A stretch of 51,552 nt of DNA, counting the filler, from Sphacelaria rigidula (Eukaryota): NCBI GenBank assembly GCA_964200075.2. It is 3 parts of 3 records of this genome, joined end to end, with 100 filler letters (N's around TTAATTAATTAA, not from the genome) between each part and the next. Parts side by side here need not be neighbours in the genome. Positions count along the whole stretch, not along the records: positions 1 to 17,119 come from CAXNAA020001162.1; positions 17,220 to 34,337 come from CAXNAA020001163.1; 1 more part is not named here. One strand, written 5' to 3'. The notes beneath the pieces are model-generated. The model did not search any database. It was not told the origin of the DNA and saw only the letters and a program-made list of their open reading frames with translations. Position 1 is the first letter of the stretch; each line of letters starts with the position of its first letter. The position numbers were made by a program, and so were the translations under genes. Below, in pieces: positions 12,236 through 23,976 of this stretch.

Positions 12236-15200
12236 TTGACGCAGCAGCATGTGACACCCGACCTGCGAGTCCATCATATGCTAACCCGCGTGAAAGGAGT
12301 GTCATACCGTGTAAGACCAGCCCTCCCGCCGTGGACCTCATGTGAAACATCTGTTACTGTCCCCCGCTGCCGCCTCCGCGATGACCACATATTTCCGGGA
12401 GGGAAAAGTGGAGACTGTTCACATATCAAGATCTACCTTCGCGAAGTTGATGCCATTCAATGTAGTCAAACAGGCTGCGAGATGCTGTCGGTGCCCACAC
12501 TGCTACAAGGGCGAGTGATCATGAGATCGCTCGTGCGAATGTGGCCACGACTTCACTGCGGCGAGACTACTGGGTCGCTACGCACATGCCGGTGTGACCT
12601 TTGCGCCAACGGCGGATGTAGAGCTTTCCTGCCAACCATGAGTATCAAAGACGTCCACAGTGTGGGAGAGCTCTGCGACAAGCTCCTCTGTGAGAAGGTG
12701 AAGCTAGACAAGACCACGGGAGGGGGGGGGGGGAGTGAGGTCACAGCACACCTGAACGCATGTGTAATGGGATCATGCGGAGAATTCGACAAACGTCAAC
12801 GGCGCTTCTTCGACTGCCCTCGTCATCGACAGTCTGCGGAAGATGTGGAGAGTATACCGGACATCGTTCGAGGATCAGAAATGAAATGGGAGGCGTTCGT
12901 CCCTGTGAATGAGAAGGGGAACGGGATTCGGCGACCGCAACGGCAGGGCAGACGTCCCCGAGCCAACGATGACAATAACGGCGATGAGACATGGGAGCCT
13001 GAAAGAACGGGGACGCAAACACAATCTCGAAAGGTGTGTTGTACGAAAATGTGATCCAGATGGAAAGAGTCATCTTACGATAGAGAAGGGGGGGGGTTCT
13101 TGGGCGTCTTCCTGCTTCACGAAAACAAAAGTCAAACCGTGCTCAACAGCAGCAATGGTTTTTAGATTATTGACCTCATCATTTCTGATCAACGCGCATG
13201 CACACATCCATGTATACCGCTTTAAGTCGAGTACAAGCGCACCGCGAGTGTTGCAGGTCGTCAGCCACACACATGAGACTGTTCTGTCATGCGATCAACC
13301 CCACCTCCCTTTCGTAGTAAGATTCCACATACGATGGTGTCATCACAATGTGTAAACCGCTGGTACGCAGCCGCTGGGACGGATCAATCGTCGACCTTCA
13401 AAAGCGACCACTCCCAATCTCGCCACACGCGCCAATGTTCGAGACGGCCACCCGTTGAGGGAAACAATCGTCACCACCCCCGATCGCTCAAGCAACATCC
13501 TTTTCCTTGGTATCTGTCGAGAATTGTCCGCATGACCCAATTCACTACGTAGATCAGCATTCATTGCATCCAGACTCTATCGATAATGCATGTTAGTATC
13601 ACCAAATATACGTATTCCTACTCGCGTAGTATCTCGCGAGTTTCACCACTGAGAATAAGGAAAACAAACGCAGTGCATAGTCCGACACATAATCATCACA
13701 TACACGGCATTTATCAAAGCCATCCAAGCCTGTAGTCATTAAAATCCGCTCGCCCAGCTTACCCCCTTGAGGCCAGTTTTCGAAACCGAGAATGACGACA
13801 TCACACGTGAATATCGACATGAAATAGCGCGAAAATGAACACGGAAGAAGCGTAGCTGCAATCCCTTCCACAGAGGTGGTTACCGTGAACAATGATGAAG
13901 TGAGGTACACATTTCCTGCAGACCCCGGCGTACGAGACAAACGTTCTGGAACTCATCTCACGATCGTCTCTACCACATACCATTTTTTGTCTGTGAACTT
14001 TCTTTGGTCGAATCAGGCGGTGGTGTGAAGGAGTGGTTCTGTGACTGAATTGTTCAAGGATGTGAGGCCCACCGCGGAACGCCTATTCCCTCATCGACGA
14101 CAAAAACAGCTCCAGCGTGTGGCCATCAATGAGTTGATCGTGACTCTCGAAGATGGACACGTGATCATGGTGGCAGACCTCCAAGAGCGCTATACACATG
14201 ACGAGCAGGATGAGGTTCAACCCCAACATTGGAATCGCGATTCCACAACGCTGTTTCCGGTCCCAGTTTGTTTCAAGCTCAACGGTAAGGTATGGGTATA
14301 CTCGTTTGTTGTGCTGAGCGACGACAAATCGCAAGACAATGCCTGGGTGCAACACACCTTCACCCGACTACTACAGACAGAAATACCATCCATGCTTGAG
14401 AGAGTCGGAGCCACACCCATGACGCGTGTGACTGTTGTGACAGACAATTGCGGGAAACAGTTCAAGTGTGCGATGTCATTCGGGCACATCGGTGATTGTA
14501 AAGTGTACGTCATCGATCAACCGGGCAGCCGTATCCACATCGAAGCACACTACTTTGCCGGCTGCCACGGCAAGAGCGTGTCGGACAGCGAAGGCGGCGT
14601 GGTGAAGACATTCGCCAGGAATCAGGTCCTTAGAGGGCGAATACGGATCCTGAGCTCCTTCGATCTCTTCGAGAAAATCGCGCCTGAGCTAGACTTCGAG
14701 CTTCGAGAAGTCGACAAGACTACAGCGCAGGACTTCTCCGGGAAGATAGGTGGTGGGCAGCTGCTGATGGCGAATACCAGAAAGATGAGTGTCATTGTCA
14801 CATCGCCTGCCGCGAAGGGTACAATGCCGTGCATTTCTGCACCTGAAGTACGAGTCCGCAGCGGGGTAGCGCTCGCGTGCGTATTACGTGCATTAGTGAT
14901 GCGAGAGGCCGTCCACGACCCAAAGTCTCGCCATTTGATTGACAGTGCCACCATTATATGAAGTTGCACTGATCCCAATCATACACCCCGCGTTGTCTGC
15001 TCGTGTGTATGTGCAACTCAGGGCGCGAACGACCCCAACCACGAAACGACAACATTCGCGCTGACAAAACAGAAGAATACACTCCTCGGACGGAAGATGA
15101 TGTTCGTCCGAGAAACGGGTGTAGCGGCAACACGCCCATCTGCACAATCGTCACTTCGGGCTATCCACGTGACCGGTTGCATGTCGCAATCTCGGATCGC

Positions 15201-16416
15201 CGCAACGTCCACCCCGGGAGTGGTGGCAGCATACCAGCCATCTTGCGGGTGAGACTGTAGCCACAGAAGCGTAGGGGATGTGCTACAAAACGTTTCTGCC
15301 TGAGATGACGTGATGAATAGTGGGTAGGAAATTGTGTCGACTAATAAATGAGATTAGGCGAAGAGCAACCCCAACCGGGCGCCACACAAAGAGCACACGG
15401 GCTGCTATCCGTGAATAGCGATTGTTTCTCGCCACTTGCTATCAACAGAAAAGCACCAGGAGGACTCCTACTGACTCTGAGGACGACTCGACCCACCTTG
15501 ACTGCTTCCCTGTTCTCGGAGACGGTGCCACAGATACCGCACTGGCCAGGGGCACACGTGTCCACTGATCCGGCAAGGAGTGATTCTGGCACCAGTGGAA
15601 TGGGCGCGGCGCACATACCGGGATGAGCCAGTCAGTACACGGGAGCTGGAACTGGAAGCCACTTTCCGGCGCATGCAGTATCACCTGCCTTACGGTTCTA
15701 CCGCGCTCATGCGCCTTAATCCTAGCGAAAACGGGGGCCGGGACCTTGTACCTGTTGTGATCGCGCGAAGATCGCCATGCCCATGGGGGAGGGCGTTCTC
15801 GTCGGACGGTATGTTCACTCCTGGGGACATCATGGTTTGGATTCACGATATACATCCAATGGTGAGTGACAGACAAGAGACACGGTTCCACGTGTTGTCT
15901 GATACCGTGAGCAACGACAACCAGCGAGCCGTCACCCTCGCGACCATCGCCGCCCTGGGGATGCTCATGTCTGCATACATGAAGCAGAGCACGAACAATC
16001 CTTCGATATGGAAGATGAAGACGTCAGCGATCGAGAATACCCGCAGCAATGCCGTATTGATGCCCTTGAGTCCTTCTCAGGCCTTCATCAACCATGCTGA
16101 GGACGTTCTCGAGGCATACGATACCCACAGAGCCCCCGTCCTCGCGCGCGGCATATACCCCGAGGAAACGTTGCTACAGAGGAAGGTTCGCACACCAACA
16201 GTGTACATAGAGGGCCAACGCCGTGCGAGGCCAGCTTGGCAAGGGGCCAAAGATTTCGCGGGGGAGATTGTGGGGCAACAGTTCGACGCGAAATCTCGCC
16301 GATACTCATACGAGGTAAAATGGAGCGGGGGTACGCCAGGAGAGATAGCCTTAGGGGGTCTTGAGGGCATGATCGATGAGGGCGCAGTTCAGCGGGTGCT
16401 TCTGGACCATCGGTGA
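12236..16416 (+). pseudogene. Spliced Sola2-like DDD transposase, inactivated
   Basis: Cys-rich N-terminal exon (DCSH..LCDKLLC..ACVMGSCG..KWEAF). In-phase intron 13034-14016, then a TGA at 14026. Core: ADLQERY..EQDEVQPQHW (D 14176), VVTDNCGKQFK (D 14443), YFAGCHGKSVSDSEGGVVK (D 14584). An exon from ~15022 has SCG*DC; further exons run to the stop at 16416. Confidence 0.8.
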
Positions 16417-17119
16417 TTGCGATCACGACTCGAGCTTCATTACAGCTGCCCAGGTGATGTGTACATCTCGATAAGTCACACCCGTGCAATGCTGTGTGAA
16501 TGAAATCCTCTCTCCAACAGTGTCATGTCGACAGCATGACTACCCGACAACGACGAAGCAGGGCACATACACAGCACGCTACTATGTACTCACGACATTC
16601 CTGCGTGTTCTAAGTTTCGTTATGCTGTTACCCTCTTCTCATTTCATTGATTACTTCGACACGGCAAATACGTCGACAAGTTGGTATGCGCGACGATCGC
16701 CGGACGAGCGCGTGGTGATGCAGGTTTAAGAAAAATATCGTGAGTGCGACTATGGTTATGTGGCTGACCCGGTTTCGAAACCAGCCACCAACGGCGTCTG
16801 GAGGAACATATGTCGTTTCGCAAAAAGCGATGGCGAGCCCAAAACACCTGTCCCGAACCAGCACATAGGTCCGAAACTACCACATCGACATATATGATGA
16901 ACACACGCCATGCCATCCGTTGATGGATCGTCTCCGGTGCACTCGTTTGTGGGTGGGGCAGTCGCAGCGTCACCAAGTGCTGCACAAGCAGGGCTATTTT
17001 TTCGTAGGTGGGTTCTCGATACAGCCATATTCCTCTCAACTGCAAGTTTCTTCCTCCATAGGCTATGTGCTGCTGCATGTGGTTTTCAACAAACCCTCAG
17101 CACGTAACCCCAATGTGGC

Positions 17120-17219
17120 NNNNNNNNNNNNNNNNNNNNNNNNNNNNNNNNNNNNNNNNNNNNTTAATTAATTAANNNNNNNNNNNNNNNNNNNNNNNNN
17201 NNNNNNNNNNNNNNNNNNN
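17120..17219. other. Assembly gap with artificial six-frame-stop linker
   Basis: N run with TTAATTAATTAA at 17164-17175. Confidence 0.97.
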
Positions 17220-17337
17220 CAATCCCGGGGAGCGGTGGATTCTCATTTCAAAATACCTTCTCATTTTTCTGGCAACGCTGTTAGCAGCAGCATTGGCTCC
17301 GCCTGATTCAGAACCACCCCCAACTGTACACGTTTAC

Positions 17338-18133
17338 CAATGTTTTCGTGAAATTGAGAGTTGAAGATCCAGACATCTTTTTCCGACCAGCGTGACATCC
17401 ACCTTTTAAATTGTTACACGACACGTCGGTTACTAGCATTATAAGAGGCCCGTTGACCCTTACAGCAGTAGACCTGATGAAATGTTCGTACACGATGGTT
17501 TACAGGGATGACTACTCGATTTTAGAGTTGATAAAATTGAAAAAAAAAAGAAGATGGTTTGGGGCAGGTGAGCAGTGGACCCAGCTCGTCCAGAACGTGT
17601 TTTTGTCGTAATCGGAGCCTGCCGCGACGATTCGAAGTCTGCAAACGCACACTTTGCCTCGGGGAAACTATGCACCCTCCTCGCCCGAGGGTCTCGTGCG
17701 CCTTGGGTCGGGGTTAGTGTTAGTGTTAGTCTTTAACATTCAATGATGTTCCCCATCAACCATTATCTACTAGCATTTCTTCACGTCTTTTTCCGATAGA
17801 CCGCGAGAGTAGGTCATTTGGTGAATCGGCATCAATTTTCACTTGAAGAAAGTATGAGTGATCCAAATGGACTACCCCCACCGCGGCGGTCGCCCCGGTG
17901 GCTCAGTTGGTATAACCTCGGAATCTTCTGACGGTTGGGTCGTGGGTTCAAATCTCGGAGTGATCTGGGATTTTTCCTCACACCATGACCAACAGTAGAT
18001 ATAAGGGTCAACGGCCTCTTATTATGCTAGAAACCAACGTGTCGTGTAATAATTAAAAAGGTAGATGTCACGCTGGTCGGAAAAATATGTCACTCTCATT
18101 TGCATCTTCAACTCTCAATTTCACGAAACATTG
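17338..18133. mobile_element. Composite repeat: ~125-bp inverted arms enclosing a telomere-like segment, a piggyBac-like MITE and a SINE head
   Basis: 17338-17462 is the reverse complement of ~18002-18133. 17343-17998 matches 48762-49445. Confidence 0.75.
17892..17998 (+). mobile_element. tRNA-derived SINE, 3'-truncated
   Basis: A box TGGCTCAGTTGG and B box GGTTCAAATCTC; same family as the copies at 45190 and 49342. Confidence 0.75.
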
Positions 18134-18137
18134 TTAT

Positions 18138-18830
18138 TTACTGGCAATAAAGATGCTGCTGCTGCTGCTGCTGCTGCTGCTTCGTCTTCTCGTGCGGGAG
18201 GAGGTCCGCGTTTCAACCGTGCGACAATGCCCATGCACCTGGTGTGTATTTCCTCCTCCCGACTATATACCGATTATGATCTGTTGGCGTGCTGTTACCC
18301 TCATATTGTATCAGTATGCTACAACAGTTCAGTACGAGTACGTATCACTTTTTCCCCCCTGTATTGGACGCTGGCTTTATTCTTTCAACGCCATCACCAG
18401 CAGTAGCCACGCTTGCGAGACGCACCCGATGTGCACAGCTTGCGCAGGAAGATGCGCACAGCTTTATCTCCTAGCACTTAGCCTGGCGGGGAAGCATTGA
18501 CTTATGAGCGGGCAGTACGGAGCAGCGCTTTCCGACATGGTGGCTATCACGTGCAAGGTGCGTGGGCATTGTAGCACGATTGAAACGCAGACCGTCTCTC
18601 CCGCGAGGAAAAACGGCAGCAGTAGCGGCAGCAGCAGCAACAACAGCGGCAGCAGCGGCAGCAGCGGCAGCAGCAGCAGCAGTGTCGGCACTGGGTGATT
18701 TAGACACTCCCCCAGCCGCGCACATCTACTGGCAGTAAAGATGCTCCTGATACTGCTGCTGTTGCTTCTAATCCTTCTCGTGTGGAAGGCGGTCCGCGTT
18801 TCGATCTGCGACAGTACCCATACCCCCTTG
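18138..18830. repeat. Three copies (+,-,+) of a ~100-bp unit with a (CTG/CAG)n tract
   Basis: TACTGGCA.TAAAGATGCT(GCT)n..CTCG..GG..GGTC.GCGTTTC at ~18138-18242 and ~18727-18830; reverse complement at ~18554-18685. Confidence 0.7.
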
Positions 18831-19540
18831 CGCGTGGTTGCCGCCCTCCTTGGGGTCGCTGGTCTGTTCGCGTTCTGTTTTACCATCTTTGTATCACTTG
18901 TTTCCCACCCTAGCATACTCGATTAGAACGGCGCGTGATTTCTCGTGATAATGAAGTTGCCAACCGTCACTTCACTACCACTATCACGGAATGATCATCA
19001 TTGAATTAAATTACACACGCGGAGAGCGTTATTTTCAAGCAGCACGCGCGCTAGCGTTTTCCGTGTTGTCGACATCGTGCCAGCGCGCTTGTGCACCAAA
19101 GCGCTGTACTTCCCTGTGGCAGCCCGTCATGGTAGTGCTCCTCATGTTTCATCACGCCTAATTCGAAAACACCCAGAAGAGATGCCAGCGAGTCCATCGT
19201 TGTTGCACTTGGATTGTGGTGAATCAGTTGTTTTTCGATAGAACCCCCGCATGCTGCGTGTTGTACCAAATAGTATATACCGTACCAGTTCGAAAACGGA
19301 TATGCATTATGTGTACGCCACCGACATGCTCTGGTCATCAGGAACTGTGTACGAGGCTCGGGAAGCGTAGTTTTTGTCAAGGAATGCAAGGACACAACCG
19401 TACTGCAGTACAGGCAGTACGAAACACGTGATTTGAACGAGACACAAGATGAAGCGTTTACATTATGATAAATACGTGGGCGTTTTGGTACTGAAACGTG
19501 TCCACCAGTCCCTCCACTACCTACCGTATAAAGATAGCAA

Positions 19541-19793
19541 GAGTTGGACGAATCAATGATTCATCCGGAAATCATTCGACTTTTAGTGTAATTGATTCGT
19601 ACCGTACGAATCAATCCTTAGGCTTTGTTTTCAGCGTTGCAACCCAGGAACGCGTAGCCCAGGCACGTAGAACGGCACAAAAGTTGCGTGGAGACCTGTT
19701 TGACCAGCGGTCGACCTTTTTCTCTATTTTCGGCAATCAGCCCTGAGAAATCGTGGATTTGGTGATTCGAATCGACGATGATTCGTCCGAGCC
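19541..19793. mobile_element. Possible small MITE
   Basis: GGACGAATCA at the left end and TGATTCGTCC at the right end; internal palindrome ATTGATTCGTAC-C-GTACGAATCAAT. Confidence 0.45.
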
Positions 19794-20436
19794 GTAGAAG
19801 ATAGATGCCCCGTGTGAATTACACAACAAGTTACGGGCAAGCCTTTTCACTTTAGAGTAGAAGAGCCCAGCCGAGACCATTCCGGTTTCACCGCCGAAAT
19901 CCGGGACCGCAACGTCATATCACCATCACCGAATTATATTGAAATTGGAAGCGCCCTGTACACAGGGCAATCTATAAAATAATGACAGACATGAACGCTT
20001 TTGGGCTCACATCCTACATTCTGCATTCCATCACACGGTGCCATGCCACCAGCTGATGCATCTATATCACGATCACCTCCGAGAATGGCAAAATCATATA
20101 TACATGCAGTCAGTGTGGTCGTGGTGTGTGTATTACCCATTATCGGGGCGGTGCGGACCTCCCACGGTATGGAGCAGCAACGGTGCTGACTGGCGGCGGT
20201 GCCAACTCTGCAAACCTGGAAATAGAAACGACCACTACGACGGAACACACACCGTGCCACGTTCCAAAAACAGTGTTGGCTATGGGATATCTTCATGTAT
20301 TTTCACAAAAGCGCGCGAAAACGGGGGAAAAAATGGCTTGTTCAGAACGGGCTTTAAGGAGTACACGACTACTTCCCAACAAGTGCCACAAGCCGCGAGA
20401 CTACCGAAATGAGAAAGAGATGGAATACGCAGAGTG

Positions 20437-20694
20437 TGTAGCCTCTTCCAGACGATCTGGACAAGAGGACCATCCACGAGGGGCTCCTCCAGTAGCACTG
20501 GCCTCGTGCTCGACAAGTCCTTTCTTCTAACTTGTTATTATTTCGGAGTGATCCTCTACAGCCCATATCAAGAGCTAAACAGCAAGGGGCCACACAGATG
20601 AGGGTCATCAATCCAGGATCCCCCGTTCCCTGCCACTGCTCCAATCATGCATGTGATTATACTGAAACCTACGGTTTGGAATCATTTGGCTACA
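20437..20694 (-). repeat. 3' LTR of element 1
   Basis: TGTAGCC...GGCTACA; about 6 substitutions relative to 25876-26133 (manual count). Confidence 0.95.
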
Positions 20695-20845
20695 ACCGCC
20701 CCAAAGCGAGTTCAAGACAAGCGAACGAGCTTGACAACCAACAAAACCAAGGCAAAATCGCATGCGCCAGATCACAAAGAAATATCATACTCCGACGATA
20801 ATTTACTGGTCAGCGCCCGAGTCAACCGCATTTTACGCAGTTCCT

Positions 20846-23327
20846 TCAGAACAAATTCAGGCGCAAAAGAATGAATCTTGCGAAAAGACTCCCCCATGTG
20901 CGTTCTTCAGCACCGAATCCTTCCCAATCGACCAAAACAATGGCCTCACCGTTGTCATCCTCAGCGACGTGTACCAAAGCATTTATCCGACATTCACCTT
21001 GAGCATACGAATGCTGAAATACATCTTTTTGTTCCGCAGTAATGTGCAACTGCGAGTCGGCACAGAAACGCGAACGAGCGACATGGGCCGAGTCCACGGC
21101 GTCAGAAACAATGTTCTGCACCGAATACACGTGAGCGTGATCGGCTCCGACCACTCGCCACGGACGTGTCCACGTGGACATCAACTTTGGCGTCACACCT
21201 TGCCTCGGAACACGGGTATACAATACGAAGTTGCCAATTAATTGCTGACTTGGGCAACGCAGCCTGGCCCTGAGCAAGCTTGCGTTTGGTTTCGTGAGAC
21301 ACCGCGACAGCAGCTTGCACTTCGTTACAAAATCGCACTTGCTCATCAACCACGCCTAGAACCTCGTCACGCAACGAATCAGCATCCATGACATCGACGT
21401 TCCACTCGCCGCCAGTGACAGAAGTAAGCGCGGAAAACGCTGTACGCGGCGCACGCCCAAATATCACAAAATACGGAGGGATACGGTAGCGTTCACCAAA
21501 ACAAGTATTCAACGCCCACTGAGGGGCTGGCAACATCAACCCATTCAGACACCGTCCGTCTCTGTTCCGACAAAATAGACCGCAACGCACGAATAACCTC
21601 TTTCACCATGCGTTCACAAGCACCATTCGACCAAGGGGTATACGAAACAGAAAATTTGTGTTGCACCTTGAGCGCATCGCTCAGCTGCGCGATCACTCGA
21701 TTTTTGAAGTGCGTGGCGGTATCACTAACCCAAACACGCGGCACTCCCAAATTCTTGCACCAATGGAGCAAGTGATTAGCCGTAACCTCGACGGTGCAAG
21801 CCTCGGTCGGCTCCAAGCAGACGAAATTGGACAAATCATCCATGATAACCAAACACACCGAAAACCATCCTCCTCAGGCAAACCATTAGCACCTTCAGGT
21901 CCGCTTCTTTCGACGTACAGAAAATCAAAGTGAATAACTTCACCTGGCGCAGTACCATGTACAGTATCGCCATACGGATGAGGTACAATCTCACCAGCAC
22001 GAGTGTCCACACAATGCAAACGCTGGCGAACGAAGTCGCGAACGTGGGAATCCATGTGAGGCCACACACAGTTTTCTTTCAAACGAAACAGAGTCGGCGC
22101 CACGCCATGGTGACCAGCCGACGGCATGTGAGTGCACACCATCAAGCGAGTTTGTAGAGCCCTATGATCTGACGGAATCCACAAACCATCACTACTGTCA
22201 ACACGCACGCGAAACAAACCATCGTCAGCCAAAGCAGCTTGACCGAAAGTCGTAGGAAAAGAATAAACACCGTCGCCGACTGTTTTGCGCTGCGCGATAC
22301 AAATAACATGTAACGAGGGCAGATTTCATCGGCATCACACGGGCTGTACACGGCAACAAAACGAACAGGCACGGTAGGAACCTTCACCAAGCGAGACAAC
22401 AAATCTCCCCAAAAAATGCGCTCTCCAGGAATGTGTTCACTGACATACCGATATTGTTGTTGGGCCAACTCCCGTATGTCTCTTTGGCCTGACATCACCC
22501 CCGGAGACTGTTCCACTTGCGCGTTCACCACCTGATAGTCGCTGACCAAACGGAATGTGTCCCTCTTCGGCACCGCCATCACCGGACTCGACCACATAGC
22601 CTGTATGTTCCTCACCTGTCAAACCAAACGCCACCAAAAGTGCGATGCATGAGGCAAACCACCCGGTCTTCACCCGATCGTAGCATCGGGGCTCGGCCTT
22701 CACACCCGTTGCCTGTAACTTGAACTGAACCCTCATGGGCTCTACGCGCGCTGGCGAATCACCACGCGGCGCGCGACGAAATGTATTCACGCGACGAGCC
22801 AAGAAATTACGCAGACAATGTGCGCCATCGGTGCTCAGGCCCTTCTGCTCGGCCTGCCGCACGCTATCCTCAAGCGCACGTTCTTTGGCACCTCCTTCCT
22901 CTGCTGGGTCCATGAACATGTCGGATCCCCGATCGACCAAGCGCTCCACCGCTTCGTCCGCAGGAGCTTCCTCCTCATTGGCGCTCTAACATGGCCGTAT
23001 GGATACGATCACACGCCTTGCCGCAAGGCAACCGGGGTTTTCCACGCCGGTTTGCACCGGCACAGCACGCGGATGTAACTTCTTCAACGCCAGCAGATAC
23101 AAGTCATTCCCGAGCTCCTTCATAGTCGCCATCCCAAATAGAACCACGTTGTCCCTACCGGGCGTGGCAGTGAAATTAATGGGCTGTAACTCCACAGCCC
23201 CCCACGGCGTACGCACGCTGACAGTAATCGGCACCGTTTTGTGTGTAACCGTCACGGGAGCACCCGTGGTGGTCTGTGCCGTTTGCGGTCCGTTTACGAA
23301 CGGAATCTGAAGCTGAGCGCCGCCCAA
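20846..23327 (-). pseudogene. pol: pol remnant: protease C-terminal part, RT start, RNase H end, integrase, chromodomain
   Basis: WSSPVMAVPK..FRLVSDY; EHIPGE..WGDLLSR; H..GHHG..C zinc finger; IHFDFLY; VWVSDTATHF; YTPWSNGACERM; VLVDWEGFGAEERTW (chromodomain). Many frameshifts. Confidence 0.9.
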
Positions 23328-23335
23328 CTGCGAAG

Positions 23336-23963
23336 TGTGACGGTTTAAGAGACAACCAACTAGACTAGTAACCAGTCAGCGCTGACTGGTCAGTAGTCTA
23401 GTTGGTTATATCTGAAACCGTCACAAAAGTTGGTCGTGGGGATTGATCCCCGTCACTTCCACTCCGAGGAGGGTGACTCCCCTCGCCAGTCTAGTTGGTT
23501 GTCTCTTAAACCGTCACAAAAGTTAGTCGTGGGGATTTGATCCCCGTGGGGGTTTGATCCCCGTCACTTTCACTCCGAGGAGGGCGACTCCCCTTGCCAG
23601 CGTTCTATCGACTGCCATCAGGATATCTAGTGTTGTCACTCTCACCGTATCCTAGAGTTACTCGTCTCCCCCACTCGTTCCCAGAGTGTGTGCACTGAGG
23701 TCCCTAGCATTACTCTCCAAACATAGCCACCAGGCTATACCCCACCCTTTTCCTTTGGGCCAATTATTTACTGAGGTTTTCTCTCCTTGGGGCCAGTTGT
23801 TTTAGAGGTTTTCTCTCCTCTTTTTTCTTCAACGAAAGTGCGTCCGACGGGAATCGAATCAGCGACTAACTTTTGTGACGGTTTAAGAGACGACCAACTA
23901 GACTACTGACAAGTCAGCGCTGACTGGTAAGTAGTCTAGCTGGTTGTCTCTCAAACCATCACA
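23336..23963. mobile_element. 628-bp non-coding insertion with 90-bp palindromic termini and a 4-bp TSD (GAAG)
   Basis: 23336-23425 and 23874-23963 are each self-complementary (TGTGACGG...CAGC|GCTG...CCGTCACA). GAAG at 23332-35 and 23964-67. It interrupts the gypsy protease region. Confidence 0.9.
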
Positions 23964-23976
23964 GAAGACATCTGTT

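Noticed and set aside
13070-13940. Nested antisense gene in the Sola2 intron
   Set aside because: The ORFs are short, with no recognisable motifs or convincing splice pattern.
16628-17078. Minus-strand gene fragment before the gap
   Set aside because: Overlapping short ORFs in several frames, no motif, and truncated by the gap; not supportable.
17164-17175. TTAATTAATTAA motif (also at 34382-34393)
   Set aside because: It is centred in fixed-length N gaps, so it is an artificial scaffolding linker. Adjacency across these gaps is not guaranteed.
17892-17965. Functional tRNA gene
   Set aside because: The acceptor and anticodon stems do not pair well, and the sequence continues into a dispersed repeat body; it is a SINE head.
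18065-18926. Poly-Ala/Leu/Ser ORFs
   Set aside because: These are translations of (CTG/CAG)n repeats, open in several frames.
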